64,000 nt of DNA from Patescibacteria group bacterium (GTDB lineage: Bacteria > Patescibacteriota > Microgenomatia > UBA1400 > PJMF01): assembly GCA_041747555.1 (NCBI GenBank), contig JBGTEY010000013.1, positions 80,814 through 144,813 on the forward strand, in the 5' to 3' direction. Position numbers and translations under genes: made by a program. Shown here piece by piece: positions 1 to 9,537 of this stretch (its first letter is position 1; the number at the start of each line of letters is the position of its first letter). Below the pieces are notes generated by a model. The model ran no database searches. It saw only the letters and a program-made list of their open reading frames with translations, and was not told the origin of the DNA.

Positions 1-785
1 TGCCCAAAAAGTTTAAGAAAGCTTCAAAGTCAGCAAACCCAACGTTTGAGGTTGTACGAAGTGAATCAAATTTGGGATTTACCGGTGGCAATAATTTAGG
101 AATTCATTACGCGATCGAAAAGTATAACTCAGAATATGTACTATTACTGAATAGCGACACAACTGTTGATTCAGGGCTCATCAAAAATCTTCTAGCATTT
201 GCAGAAGATCATCCACGTTTTGGCATTATTTCTCCAAAAATTTATTTTTCAAAAGGTGCTGAATATCACGAGACTTATGATAAAAAATTTCTCGGTTCAA
301 TTTTGTGGTATGCAGGTGGCAGTATCGATTGGCAGCATTTGGTCGCATTTCACCGCGGCGTAGATGAAGTGGATAGAGAACATTTTGATAGCGTAATAGA
401 GAGTGAGTTCGCAACAGGCTGTGGAATGCTAATTCGCAGAGAAGTGCTTGAGAAAGTGGGGCTTTTTGACAAACGTTTTTTCTTATACTTAGAAGATGTA
501 GACCTCTGCGTACGCGCAAAAAGTCTTGGCTATGCCATTGGATTTTGTCCTTCTGCAAAAATGTGGCATAAGAATGCGGGATCTTCTGATGGCGTTGGCA
601 ATGCAACGCAAACCTATTACCAAACACGAAATAGATTACTTTTTACGTTTAAACACGGTTCACTGGATGCCAAAATTCAGGCAATTAGAATTGCATTTTT
701 GCAACTCTTTTCTGGCTCTTCACATGCGCGGCTGGGAGTTTTTCACGCAGCTACCGCTCGCTTTGGCAAACAGCAGATTATCTAG
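1..785 (+). CDS. Glycosyltransferase family 2, C-terminal part. The gene is 5'-truncated by the window edge; the ORF track calls a TTG at 72, but the frame is open back to position 3.
   Basis: The in-frame upstream translation reads ...ESNLGFTGGNN, matching the GT2 'GFxGGNN' motif. This is followed by 'LLLNSDT', a D-x-D-like region and 'LEDVDLCVRA', typical of the GT2 rhamnosyltransferase-like subfamily. Confidence 0.7.
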   Translation, partial: PKKFKKASKSANPTFEVVRSESNLGFTGGNNLGIHYAIEKYNSEYVLLLNSDTTVDSGLIKNLLAFAEDHPRFGIISPKIYFSKGAEYHETYDKKFLGSILWYAGGSIDWQHLVAFHRGVDEVDREHFDSVIESEFATGCGMLIRREVLEKVGLFDKRFFLYLEDVDLCVRAKSLGYAIGFCPSAKMWHKNAGSSDGVGNATQTYYQTRNRLLFTFKHGSLDAKIQAIRIAFLQLFSGSSHARLGVFHAATARFGKQQII

Positions 786-838
786 TCACTTCCAAAATCA
801 AAACGTAGTACAATGACTCAAAAGAGTAGTTTCGTTAC

Positions 839-1657
839 ATGAAAAAACCCAGCATCACAGCCGTAATCATCGCGCAAAATGAAGCTAATATGATACAAAA
901 TTGTATCAATACGCTTCGGTGGTGTTCAGAAATTCTTGTCATCGACGATGGGTCAACAGATGATACTCCAAATATTGCTGAGAATGCGGGCGCACGCCTC
1001 GTGTCTTTCAAATCGTCATCATTTAAACGACTCAGAGAAGAAGCTCAAAAACATGTTCGCACGGAATGGATACTGTACATTGATGCAGACGAAAGAGTGC
1101 TTCCTACACTTGCCAAAGAAATACTCGTTTCCATCGAGACGAATGCTGCTTCTGCATTGAGCATGCGCCGTAAAAATATTCATTTTGGTGCCGAAATGGA
1201 GCATGGCGGATGGCAGAACGACTGGGTGACTCGTGTGTTTAAAACAGAATCGCTAAAAGGCTGGCACGGAGATATTCATGAAAGCCCAACTTTCGAAGGC
1301 GATGTAAAACAGCTCACGACCCGCCTTCTACACCTCAGCCATAGAAATACAATTTCAGGCCTCAAAAAGTCAATAGAGTGGACTCCTATGGAAGCGCAAC
1401 AAATATTTGAGGCGTCTACCGATCCTGTTTCATTTTCAACAATACTCCGCAAAGGTTTCATGGAATTTATTCGTCGAGGCATACTTGGAGCGGGACATAA
1501 AGACGGCACAGCAGGACTTGTTGAAGCATGCACCCAAGGAATTAATCGCATGTTGGTATATATGCAAGTTTGGGAGATGCAGCAGCAACCCTCACTGCCA
1601 GACCGATACAAAAAGTATGAGGACGCAGTTCATCAAGCCTGGAAAGAGAATGCATGA
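839..1657 (+). CDS. Glycosyltransferase family 2 (paralog of 8746..9537)
   Basis: The N-terminus 'SITAVIIAQNEANMIQNCINTL...ILVIDDGSTDDT...GARLV' is the GT2 nucleotide-binding fold, and 'YIDADE' is a DxD motif. The start is preceded by a TACAAT hexamer at 809-814. Confidence 0.75.
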   Translation: MKKPSITAVIIAQNEANMIQNCINTLRWCSEILVIDDGSTDDTPNIAENAGARLVSFKSSSFKRLREEAQKHVRTEWILYIDADERVLPTLAKEILVSIETNAASALSMRRKNIHFGAEMEHGGWQNDWVTRVFKTESLKGWHGDIHESPTFEGDVKQLTTRLLHLSHRNTISGLKKSIEWTPMEAQQIFEASTDPVSFSTILRKGFMEFIRRGILGAGHKDGTAGLVEACTQGINRMLVYMQVWEMQQQPSLPDRYKKYEDAVHQAWKENA

Positions 1658-2757
1658 AGCTGTGCTTTTACTCTCCCTATCTCACCAATGAGCATATGGG
1701 GGGAGGGGAGAAGCATCTTTTCGATACTGCTCGGATTGCTGCAAAACACCATCAAGTATTTATTGCGGTTACTCCACTGAATACCTCTCTCGACACAACT
1801 TGGTTACTAAATTTAAAGCAAAAATACGAGAAATTCTTTGGATTTGATCTTTCAAAAGTAGAATTTATATTTTCACCAATCAACTCCTCTACACATTTTA
1901 TTAATAAATTACTTTGGACAGGCACATTCGATGGTTTGTATTATGTGACTGATGGCTCTTTATTTTTTAGTATTGCCAAGAAAAATTATGTTCATTTTCA
2001 AATTCCACTCAAACCGCATTCACATTCAGCGTTAGAACGACTTAAAGTTAGAAACTGGCAGAAAAAAAATGCCAATTCTGAATTTACCAAACACTTCATT
2101 GAAAAAGTATGGAATACAAACGTGCAAACTGTTCATTATCCTTTGGTTTCGCTTGATGAATTTTCTACCAAACCTCTCAAGAAAAATATAATTCTGCACG
2201 TTGGACGATTTTTTCGTCAGCTACACTCTAAGCGCCAAGACGTCCTTGTTGAAATGTTTCGCGAACTTATAAAAAGAAAATCGCTTAGAGCTCTCAATCT
2301 AGAACTCCATTTTGTAGGAGCAATTGAAGATCATGACTACTATAATAAGATTGTTACCATGGCGAAAAATCTTCCAGTCCGATTTCACACAACCAGCAAT
2401 CGTCAAGATTTACTCAAACTCTACAACGCTGCAAAAGTATACTGGCATGCCACTGGGTACGAGGTCGATCAACATATTCACCCAGAAAAAGTTGAGCACT
2501 TTGGCATAAGTACCATAGAGGCTATGGCTGCAGGTGCCGTGCCAGTTGTCCACGCCAAAGGTGGACAAATTGAAGTTCTTTCATCTACCACTCCCGACTT
2601 ACTGTGGAAAACGACAATAACTGCACTCGATATGACAGAAAAGTTACTTATCTCTGAGACAATGTATAAAAAATATCAAATACTAGCCAAACGTCGAGCA
2701 CAAGACTTTGGGATGAATAATTTTGAAACACGTACAGAGAGACTATTTGGGACGTAA
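1654..2757 (+). CDS. Glycosyltransferase family 4 (GT-B, retaining type)
   Basis: The C-terminal 'EHFGISTIEAMAAGAVPVV' matches the GT4 E-x7-E signature. There is an ATGA overlap with the upstream gene. The C-terminal half is paralogous to 36973..38511 (KKNIILHVGRFF...VYWHATGYE). Confidence 0.8.
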   Translation: MKLCFYSPYLTNEHMGGGEKHLFDTARIAAKHHQVFIAVTPLNTSLDTTWLLNLKQKYEKFFGFDLSKVEFIFSPINSSTHFINKLLWTGTFDGLYYVTDGSLFFSIAKKNYVHFQIPLKPHSHSALERLKVRNWQKKNANSEFTKHFIEKVWNTNVQTVHYPLVSLDEFSTKPLKKNIILHVGRFFRQLHSKRQDVLVEMFRELIKRKSLRALNLELHFVGAIEDHDYYNKIVTMAKNLPVRFHTTSNRQDLLKLYNAAKVYWHATGYEVDQHIHPEKVEHFGISTIEAMAAGAVPVVHAKGGQIEVLSSTTPDLLWKTTITALDMTEKLLISETMYKKYQILAKRRAQDFGMNNFETRTERLFGT

Positions 2758-2761
2758 GACT

Positions 2762-3619
2762 ATGAGCTCACCCGTTTCAATAATTATTCCAACCTTTAAT
2801 GGCAAGCATCTCTTAGAGAAGCATCTGCCCTCCGTGGAAGCCGCAGCGCGTAATGGTGATGAAATCGTAATTATCGATGATGCAAGCAAAGATACTACAG
2901 CAGCGTGGTTAATCGAAACGTATCGCCTGTCGCCAGAAGGCGACTCCGAATATCAAGGTCTCATTAGAAAAGGCAAAAAAAATATTGTGATCCGGCTGTT
3001 ACAGAATCGAAAGAATCTTCGATTTGGCGCATCGGTGAATTACGCAGTAGAACAGTGCTTTAATGATGTTTTTCTTCTCCTAAATAACGATGTTGAGCCA
3101 AAAGCAGACGTTCTCACCTATCTCCTACCACATTTCGAGCGACATGATGTCTTTGCCGTCGGTTGTTTGGAGTATGAATCTCATGAGCATATCAATGCTT
3201 CGGGGAAAAGTGAATTGTGGTTTGAACGAGGTTTGTTTCAGCATCGCAAGGCAGACACAGTTCATATGGGCAAAACTGCCTGGGTAGCAGGGGGGAGTGG
3301 ATTATTTTCACGCAAGAAATGGCAAGAACTTGGAGGTTTTGACCCGATTTTTTATCCAGCGTATTGGGAAGATATTGATATTTCTCACCGTGCCAGAAAA
3401 AAAGGCTGGAGGGTGCTTTTTGAACCCAAAGCTATTGTGTACCACCTTCATGAATCCACAAATAAGCCAGTGTTTGGCGATAATTCAATGATTAAAATGA
3501 GCTGGAAAAACGCAGATACCTTCACCTGGAAACATGCAAATTATTGGCAAAAAGTACAGTATTTACTTTGGAGGCCGTTTTGGCTTTTGAAGCGACACCA
3601 AGCAACAATAAACACTTGA
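2762..3619 (+). CDS. Glycosyltransferase family 2
   Basis: 'MSSPVSIIIPTFNGKHLLEKHL...IVIIDDASKD' and 'LLLNNDV' are GT2 motifs. I chose the ATG at 2762 instead of the track start 2723 to avoid a 35-nt overlap with the upstream gene; either start is possible. Confidence 0.7.
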   Translation: MSSPVSIIIPTFNGKHLLEKHLPSVEAAARNGDEIVIIDDASKDTTAAWLIETYRLSPEGDSEYQGLIRKGKKNIVIRLLQNRKNLRFGASVNYAVEQCFNDVFLLLNNDVEPKADVLTYLLPHFERHDVFAVGCLEYESHEHINASGKSELWFERGLFQHRKADTVHMGKTAWVAGGSGLFSRKKWQELGGFDPIFYPAYWEDIDISHRARKKGWRVLFEPKAIVYHLHESTNKPVFGDNSMIKMSWKNADTFTWKHANYWQKVQYLLWRPFWLLKRHQATINT

Positions 3620-3658
3620 GGGTTGTTCTACTGGCCAGCTCTTGAGTAGGATAAGAAG

Positions 3659-5281
3659 ATGAATAAAAAAGTAATTATCGGAGTATTGCTGTTAATTGCG
3701 GTTTTAACTCGCGGCTATCAACTCGGTGCTGTTCCACATGGAATGACTTGGGACGAGGCTGCAATCGGGTACAACGGTCATGCTGTTGTAACAACTCGAC
3801 ATGACGAGTGGCTAGAGCGACTACCGATTTCTTTTCAATCATTTGGTGATTACAAAGCGCCTGCTGCAATTTATTTGAATGGACTATTTACGTTCATTTT
3901 TGGAATGAATCTTTTTGCGGTGAGATTACCGTTTTTTTTGGCGGGAATTGTGGCAATTTTAGGATTTGGTTACTTGGGTCAATTACTGGATAGGGAAAGC
4001 AATCTGCAGACTCCGCTTTTGCTTGGTTTTTTGATGGTTTTTTCACCGTGGCACACTCATTTTTCTCGAGTTGGATTTGAATCGGGATTGGCACTTTCGA
4101 TGGTAATTAGCGCTGTATGTTTATTTTTACTGTGGACTCAAACAAAAGTAAACAACAAGATCTATTGGGCAACCTTACTGGGTTCAATTCTTTTTGCGGT
4201 TGGTTCTCTGTACACGTACCACAGTGCCAAAATAGTAGCTCCGCTACTTTTTATTTTTTTAGCTTGGCATTTCAGAAAAAAATTCTCCGCAACAACGTTT
4301 GTGACAAGCTCTGTAGTTGCGATAGGCCTCACATATCCACTTCTACTAGATTCTTTCATGGGTCAGGGCTTGCAGCGAGCGAGCTCGACTGTATTTGCGA
4401 CACATGATTTTTTTGATGCTGTGCTACTCACTGGAACACAATTTTTGCACTATCTCCATCCAGAATTTATACTTGGTGGAACGGTTGACTCACTGAGGCA
4501 TGGTGACGGGGTTTGGGGCGTATTACTTCCTACAAGTGGATTGCTTTTTTATATAGGTATTTTCAGAGCTGCATTCAGAGTAGTAAGGATGTGGTTTACG
4601 CCAACTGCAGATAAACATGCTCACGAGTTCTTAGATATGCTGGGACTTGTTTGGACAAGTGTTGGATTGTTACCAGCTGCTATTGGAGATGTTCCTTTTC
4701 ATAGTAATCGCGCGCTACTCGCACTGCCTGGGATGCTTCTCTTAGTATTTAGCGGCTTGCGCTATTTATTAGAGCAAGGAGAAAAACTATCAATCGCGAA
4801 AAAAATCCGTGGATCACATGGAGAAAAATATATTCTCAGAAAAGCAATACTTGGCTCATTTATCATGCTCCATTTCATGTTCTATACCCAATATCTTTCA
4901 CATTATTTCTTATCGTATGCGTCTAACACCGCAGATGCATATTCGGATGGATATATCGAAGCATTTGAAATTGCAGAGCAGTACGAAAAAGGCTTGGATA
5001 ACGCACCAGAAGTACAAAAAATAATTTTTACCAGCCAATATGGACAGCCCTATATTTATGCACTCTTCGTGAGAGAAACAAATCCTATTTGGTATAGAGG
5101 TGGTTCACTGAGTAAATATGAATTTACAGAAAATATCACCGCTGGTGATCTTTCTAGAGAATCGGCCCTGATAGTGTCGACACCACAAAATGAGTTGCCT
5201 CCCGATGAAGCTGATCACATCGTCTACGGAAGTGACGGTCAGCCAAGATTTTTGATATATGTCACCGAAGGCTCGCAATGA
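3659..5281 (+). CDS. GT-C fold membrane glycosyltransferase, PMT/ArnT-like (GT39/GT83-like)
   Basis: About 11 predicted TM segments with a 'TWDEA' Asp-Glu motif just after TM1 and a C-terminal soluble domain (...SQYGQPYIYALF...). It is the first of three tandem paralogs. Confidence 0.65.
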   Translation: MNKKVIIGVLLLIAVLTRGYQLGAVPHGMTWDEAAIGYNGHAVVTTRHDEWLERLPISFQSFGDYKAPAAIYLNGLFTFIFGMNLFAVRLPFFLAGIVAILGFGYLGQLLDRESNLQTPLLLGFLMVFSPWHTHFSRVGFESGLALSMVISAVCLFLLWTQTKVNNKIYWATLLGSILFAVGSLYTYHSAKIVAPLLFIFLAWHFRKKFSATTFVTSSVVAIGLTYPLLLDSFMGQGLQRASSTVFATHDFFDAVLLTGTQFLHYLHPEFILGGTVDSLRHGDGVWGVLLPTSGLLFYIGIFRAAFRVVRMWFTPTADKHAHEFLDMLGLVWTSVGLLPAAIGDVPFHSNRALLALPGMLLLVFSGLRYLLEQGEKLSIAKKIRGSHGEKYILRKAILGSFIMLHFMFYTQYLSHYFLSYASNTADAYSDGYIEAFEIAEQYEKGLDNAPEVQKIIFTSQYGQPYIYALFVRETNPIWYRGGSLSKYEFTENITAGDLSRESALIVSTPQNELPPDEADHIVYGSDGQPRFLIYVTEGSQ

Positions 5282-6948
5282 AAAAAAATAGTGTCATATT
5301 TCTTTTTGCGGTAATTGCAGTCTTAGCAATCTGGACACGACTCTCTCAACTTGATTCGCTACCAATTGCCCCATATTGGGAAGAGGCAGCACTTGGGTAC
5401 GATGCATATTCGCTATTAAAAACCGGCAAAGATCATCATGGAAATCCCTGGCCAATACTCGCGATAGAGTCGTTTGGAGATTGGAAACCGTCAGGATATT
5501 TTTATGCGGCTATACCATCTATTGCTCTGTTCGATCTCACGGTATTTGCGGTTCGATTGCCATCAGCTATTGCTGGATTAGCAATCATTGCTGGAGTGGG
5601 AGTGCTTGCATATCAACTGAAAGGAAATGCATTGCTTGCCGTTTTTTTGACCACAATCTCACCGTGGGCAATCTTATTTTCGCGCGCTGCTTGGGAAGTG
5701 AATGTGTCAACGGCATTGATTTTGTGGGGAGTTATCTTTTCTTTAAAATCAATGAAATCATCAAGGCGTCGGCAAATATATCTTTTCTCATCGGTTATTC
5801 TATTTATCTTTTCAATCTACACGTATCATGCCACGAGGGTAATTGCTCCATTGTTGTTGGGTTCGTTAATTCTTTATCAATTGTTTGACGCAAAAAATAA
5901 ACAATCTGCAACTTTTAGGATTTTGCCTTCTGCGATTTTATTTATGGCGCTATTTCTGCCGTTACTTATAGCTGTAAAAAATCCACAAGTATCACAACGT
6001 TTTCAAGAAACGAGCATTTTTTCAGACTTAGATATCATCGTTGAAAGCAACGAGCGACGCGAACGCGCAGACTACTCACTGGTATCAACGGTTTTATATA
6101 ATCGGTATGCACTGTTTGGAAGAGAAATTCTAAATAACGCACTTGATCATCTCAATCCTCAATTCCTCTTTATTTCTGGAGATGAAAACCCAAGGCATTC
6201 CACAGGTCTATTTGGGCTGTTGTATCATTTTGAAATAGTATTTTTAATCATCGGGTTTATATACATCTTAATCCAGGGATCTACAAAGCAGCGATTTTTA
6301 TTGATATGGATACTAATCACCCTCATTCCGGTTTCACTCTCCAAAGCCACTCCGCACGCACTTCGTTTTCTACCAGCACTCCCCGCAGTGATACTACTTT
6401 CGCACTTTGGAATTATTAAACTACTATCATGGATTGAACACACATTTTCACAACTTGAGAAGCTTCCTGTCAAAAATCTTGCATTGCTCTGCCTGGTAGG
6501 GCTCTACACAGCCTCATTTTCGGTTTTTTGGAGACACTATAGCACTACATATCGTATTAAAACCGCCTCTGAATGGCAGTATGGATATGAAGAATTAATG
6601 ACTGTGGTACATGACTATCGAAAGAGTGATCAAACAGCGCAGATTGCTATTTCTAGAAAATATGGTCGACCAGCAATGTACTATTGGTTTTTCACAAAAG
6701 CGAATCCTACAGATGTTCAAAATGCAGAAACTAGCGCGCCAATGGATCAAGGAGAGTTTTTAGCATATCAAAACTTATACTTTTTTACTGAAATTAAAGA
6801 TCTAGAAAACGTTCAGCCATCACTCATTGCAGTCACACCAGCTGAACGTCCCATGATTGAAAACGAATATCGTGAAATTCATCAAATAGTATCCCCAACG
6901 GGAGAAATCATTTGGAACATATTTGAACACAAAGATCTATCACTATGA
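5278..6948 (+). CDS. GT-C fold membrane glycosyltransferase, PMT/ArnT-like (tandem paralog)
   Basis: 'PYWEEAALGYDAYSL' after TM1, multiple TM helices and a C-terminal 'RKYGRPAMYYWFF' domain. ATGA overlap with the upstream gene. Confidence 0.65.
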   Translation: MKKNSVIFLFAVIAVLAIWTRLSQLDSLPIAPYWEEAALGYDAYSLLKTGKDHHGNPWPILAIESFGDWKPSGYFYAAIPSIALFDLTVFAVRLPSAIAGLAIIAGVGVLAYQLKGNALLAVFLTTISPWAILFSRAAWEVNVSTALILWGVIFSLKSMKSSRRRQIYLFSSVILFIFSIYTYHATRVIAPLLLGSLILYQLFDAKNKQSATFRILPSAILFMALFLPLLIAVKNPQVSQRFQETSIFSDLDIIVESNERRERADYSLVSTVLYNRYALFGREILNNALDHLNPQFLFISGDENPRHSTGLFGLLYHFEIVFLIIGFIYILIQGSTKQRFLLIWILITLIPVSLSKATPHALRFLPALPAVILLSHFGIIKLLSWIEHTFSQLEKLPVKNLALLCLVGLYTASFSVFWRHYSTTYRIKTASEWQYGYEELMTVVHDYRKSDQTAQIAISRKYGRPAMYYWFFTKANPTDVQNAETSAPMDQGEFLAYQNLYFFTEIKDLENVQPSLIAVTPAERPMIENEYREIHQIVSPTGEIIWNIFEHKDLSL

Positions 6949-8699
6949 AGTCCATGCTGACCAAACTAACTCTTTTTATGTGGTTGATAATTCTGTTTGG
7001 CGCAGCTTTAAGAGTTTATATTTTCACTCACAATCAACTTGATTTTTATTGGGATGAGGTTGCGATGCTGGTGGATGTGAGATCAATCCTAGAGTCAGGG
7101 ACTGACATGCATGGAACAGCATGGTATCAGACCATATTTCCTTCATATGGTGATTTTAAGCTCCCACTGTATATTTGGGTAGCGAGCGCAATTGGTTCGA
7201 TCGTTGGTTTTTCACTAAACCTAATTAGACTTCCCAACTTACTAGTGGGAATACTCATGATTCCGTTAGTAGCATTATTTGCAAAAACTTTGGTAAGCAC
7301 TGAAGAAAATGCAAAGAAGCACAACTCTCACTTCGCTCAACTTGCAGGAATTTGGACTGCAATTACCATTGCTAGTGCTCCGTGGGCAGTCCATTTTTCT
7401 GTAACCGGATTTGAATCACACCTTGGGCAATTTTTGATCACTGTTGGGCTTTTTATACTTATCTCAAAAAAAATTAGATGGTCATTACCCATTGCTGCAC
7501 TCTTTGGAGTGCTCGGGGTTTATAGCTACTACGCGTATCGATATATTTTTCTGGCATTACTGGTACTTGGCACATTTTACAAACTTTGGACGACAAGCGT
7601 TTCAGGTTTGGACCAAAAAAAATCAAGCAGAAAAACAAAAACAGGTATTTTAATAGATCTCGCCATAGGCGGAATCTTAGCGGTGACGCTATTTACCACC
7701 GGATTGCAACCTCTTCTAAAGTCTCCCTGGTACAGCAGCTTTGAACAAGTCCGGTTGAGTGCTGACTCTAATTTGTCTATCGAACCATTTGTCCACCAAG
7801 CAAATGAATTACGGATGAATGCAGGTAATACTATTTCAGACCGATTCTTATTTCACCCTCAAATGCTTCGGGGTATAAGCATATACTCAAACGTCCTATC
7901 ACACCTTGATCTACAATATCTATTTTCATCTGGAGATAGCAACCCAAGACATGGACCGCCCGCATTTGGATTGTTTCCATTATTTTTATTACCACTTCTG
8001 ATTATTGGACTCTACTCAGGATATAAGCGGGCACCCAAAGCACTGCTTTTCTTGCTCGGTTGGTGGTTATTAAGTGTGATTCCCGCATCAATTCCGCTTG
8101 AATCTCCTCATGCACTTCGATCACTCGGCGCACTGGCTCCACTTACTATACTGTTCGGAATTGGAGGGGCAGAGAGCACCGTTTGGTTGCAATCATTCAA
8201 CAAGAAACAATTCTTCAAAAAATTCTTTAATCAACTACCATCCCACACATCCAGCCTGTTGGCACTCATTTTTGTAGTAGGCGTGCTGACTGCGCACGGC
8301 GGACAACTCGCTCAGTATTACACCACATACTATCGATATGATGCCGGGAAGGCATGGCAAGCGGGGTATTCAGAACTAGCTCTGGCTGCTTTAGAGTTGC
8401 AAGACAATGACGTTCCCATCTTTCTCGTGCCTTCTGATGATCGCTTTTATTTGTGGCTGTTACTTCATAGTTCCAAACCTGTTTCAAAGCACACACCACT
8501 TTTAACAGAAAACTTTAGAACATCGAGTTTGCCAAATATCTCTATAGTAAACGAAATGACCGATTCGCCTGACGCATACTGGCTCGCAACGACAATAGAA
8601 ATGAAACCAGATATCCTCAGTGACCAACTGATTGCAGCAAAAGTAATAGCTGATAGTTGTGAGATAGAGCGTTTTACACTTTACAAAATACAAAAATAG
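6945..8699 (+). CDS. GT-C fold membrane glycosyltransferase, PMT/ArnT-like (tandem paralog)
   Basis: 'FYWDEVAMLVD' after TM1, multi-TM, ATGA overlap with the upstream gene. Confidence 0.6.
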   Translation: MKSMLTKLTLFMWLIILFGAALRVYIFTHNQLDFYWDEVAMLVDVRSILESGTDMHGTAWYQTIFPSYGDFKLPLYIWVASAIGSIVGFSLNLIRLPNLLVGILMIPLVALFAKTLVSTEENAKKHNSHFAQLAGIWTAITIASAPWAVHFSVTGFESHLGQFLITVGLFILISKKIRWSLPIAALFGVLGVYSYYAYRYIFLALLVLGTFYKLWTTSVSGLDQKKSSRKTKTGILIDLAIGGILAVTLFTTGLQPLLKSPWYSSFEQVRLSADSNLSIEPFVHQANELRMNAGNTISDRFLFHPQMLRGISIYSNVLSHLDLQYLFSSGDSNPRHGPPAFGLFPLFLLPLLIIGLYSGYKRAPKALLFLLGWWLLSVIPASIPLESPHALRSLGALAPLTILFGIGGAESTVWLQSFNKKQFFKKFFNQLPSHTSSLLALIFVVGVLTAHGGQLAQYYTTYYRYDAGKAWQAGYSELALAALELQDNDVPIFLVPSDDRFYLWLLLHSSKPVSKHTPLLTENFRTSSLPNISIVNEMTDSPDAYWLATTIEMKPDILSDQLIAAKVIADSCEIERFTLYKIQK

Positions 8700-8745
8700 T
8701 CTGAATCATTCGCTCATTTGACTAAAAAGAGTTACAATACAAAAC

Positions 8746-9537
8746 ATGATATCAGTTGTCCTGGCTACCCATAATGAAGAGGCGAATATCGTTCGCACTC
8801 TGAAATCTGTCAAATCATTTGCAGACGAAATTATTGTTGCTGATGGAGAATCAACAGATACTACCGTCGAGCTCGCAAAGAAGCACGGTGCCAAAGTCTT
8901 CTCAGTCAAAAATCACCCTATTTTTCACGTTAACAAACAGCTTGCAATGGACAAAGCAAAAGGCACTTTAGTATTGCAACTAGACGCTGATGAAGTCCTT
9001 GATGACGAACTTGTGAAATATATTGAACAAATTGAAAAAGAATATTCCAATACTACGAAGCCAATCAAAGATCGTCCAGTAGCATGGTACATAAAAAGAA
9101 AAAATTTCTTCCTCGGCAAATTTCTCAAAAAAGGCGGGCAGTATCCAGATCCAGTCATTCGTCTCTACATAAATGGATACGCAAAACTCCCTCAAAAAAG
9201 TGTGCACGAACAAATGACGGTCGATGGAATTGTTGCTACTGCAGAGGGTCATTTGCTACATTATAGTAATCCAACATTTACCGATTACTTGAGAAAATGG
9301 AATACTTATACTTCGCTATCTGCAAGTGAGTTGCATATGCAAATGAATTGCATTTCTGTAAAATTGTTTTGGGAAATGGTAATTTGGAAGCCACTAGTCA
9401 CGTTCCTGTCACTCTTTATCCGACATAAAGGATTTGTTGATGGATTTGCTGGATTTGTATTTGCGCTAATGAGTGCGTTACATTTTCCAGCTGCATTTAT
9501 AAAAGTATGGGAATTATGCAATGCGCGTACTACTTGA
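8746..9537 (+). CDS. Glycosyltransferase family 2 (paralog of 839..1657)
   Basis: 'MISVVLATHNEEANIVRTLKSV...EIIVADGESTDTTVELAKKHGAKV' and 'LQLDADEVL' (DxD). A TACAAT hexamer lies at 8733-8738, 7 nt before the ATG. Confidence 0.7.
   Translation: MISVVLATHNEEANIVRTLKSVKSFADEIIVADGESTDTTVELAKKHGAKVFSVKNHPIFHVNKQLAMDKAKGTLVLQLDADEVLDDELVKYIEQIEKEYSNTTKPIKDRPVAWYIKRKNFFLGKFLKKGGQYPDPVIRLYINGYAKLPQKSVHEQMTVDGIVATAEGHLLHYSNPTFTDYLRKWNTYTSLSASELHMQMNCISVKLFWEMVIWKPLVTFLSLFIRHKGFVDGFAGFVFALMSALHFPAAFIKVWELCNARTT

Noticed and set aside
226-627. 133-aa reverse-strand ORF and many similar 60-170-aa ORFs in the track (for example 1276..1611-, 5376..5888+, 21397..21864-, 21702..21998-, 22041..22439-, 24882..25229-, 28278..28685-, 59190..59570-)
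   Set aside because: They lie entirely inside, and antisense or out of frame to, long ORFs with strong family-level motifs. They have no recognisable motifs and low-complexity or Cys/Arg-rich compositions typical of spurious frames in AT-rich DNA.
5281-5288. Homopolymeric A tracts of 8-9 nt at or inside glycosyltransferase and methyltransferase genes (for example 5281-5288 right after the start codon of a GT-C gene; 27654-27662 in a methyltransferase; 52901-52909 in a GT2)
   Set aside because: These could be phase-variation switches as in other surface-glycan loci. But poly-A runs of this length are common in AT-rich genomes and encode Lys-Lys. Without population data showing length variation I do not call them contingency loci.
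8718-8738. TTGACT ... TACAAT pair upstream of the GT2 at 8746, resembling -35/-10 boxes
   Set aside because: Spacing between the hexamers is only 9 nt (against about 17 nt canonical). I retained TACAAT only as a possible -10 and the -35 assignment is rejected.
9084-9266. Alternative-frame 60-aa highly basic, Cys-containing ORF (MVHKKKKFLPRQ...CCYCRG) inside the GT2 gene
   Set aside because: It is embedded in a well-supported GT2 coding frame. The basic, Cys-rich composition is a frame artefact of A-rich codons.
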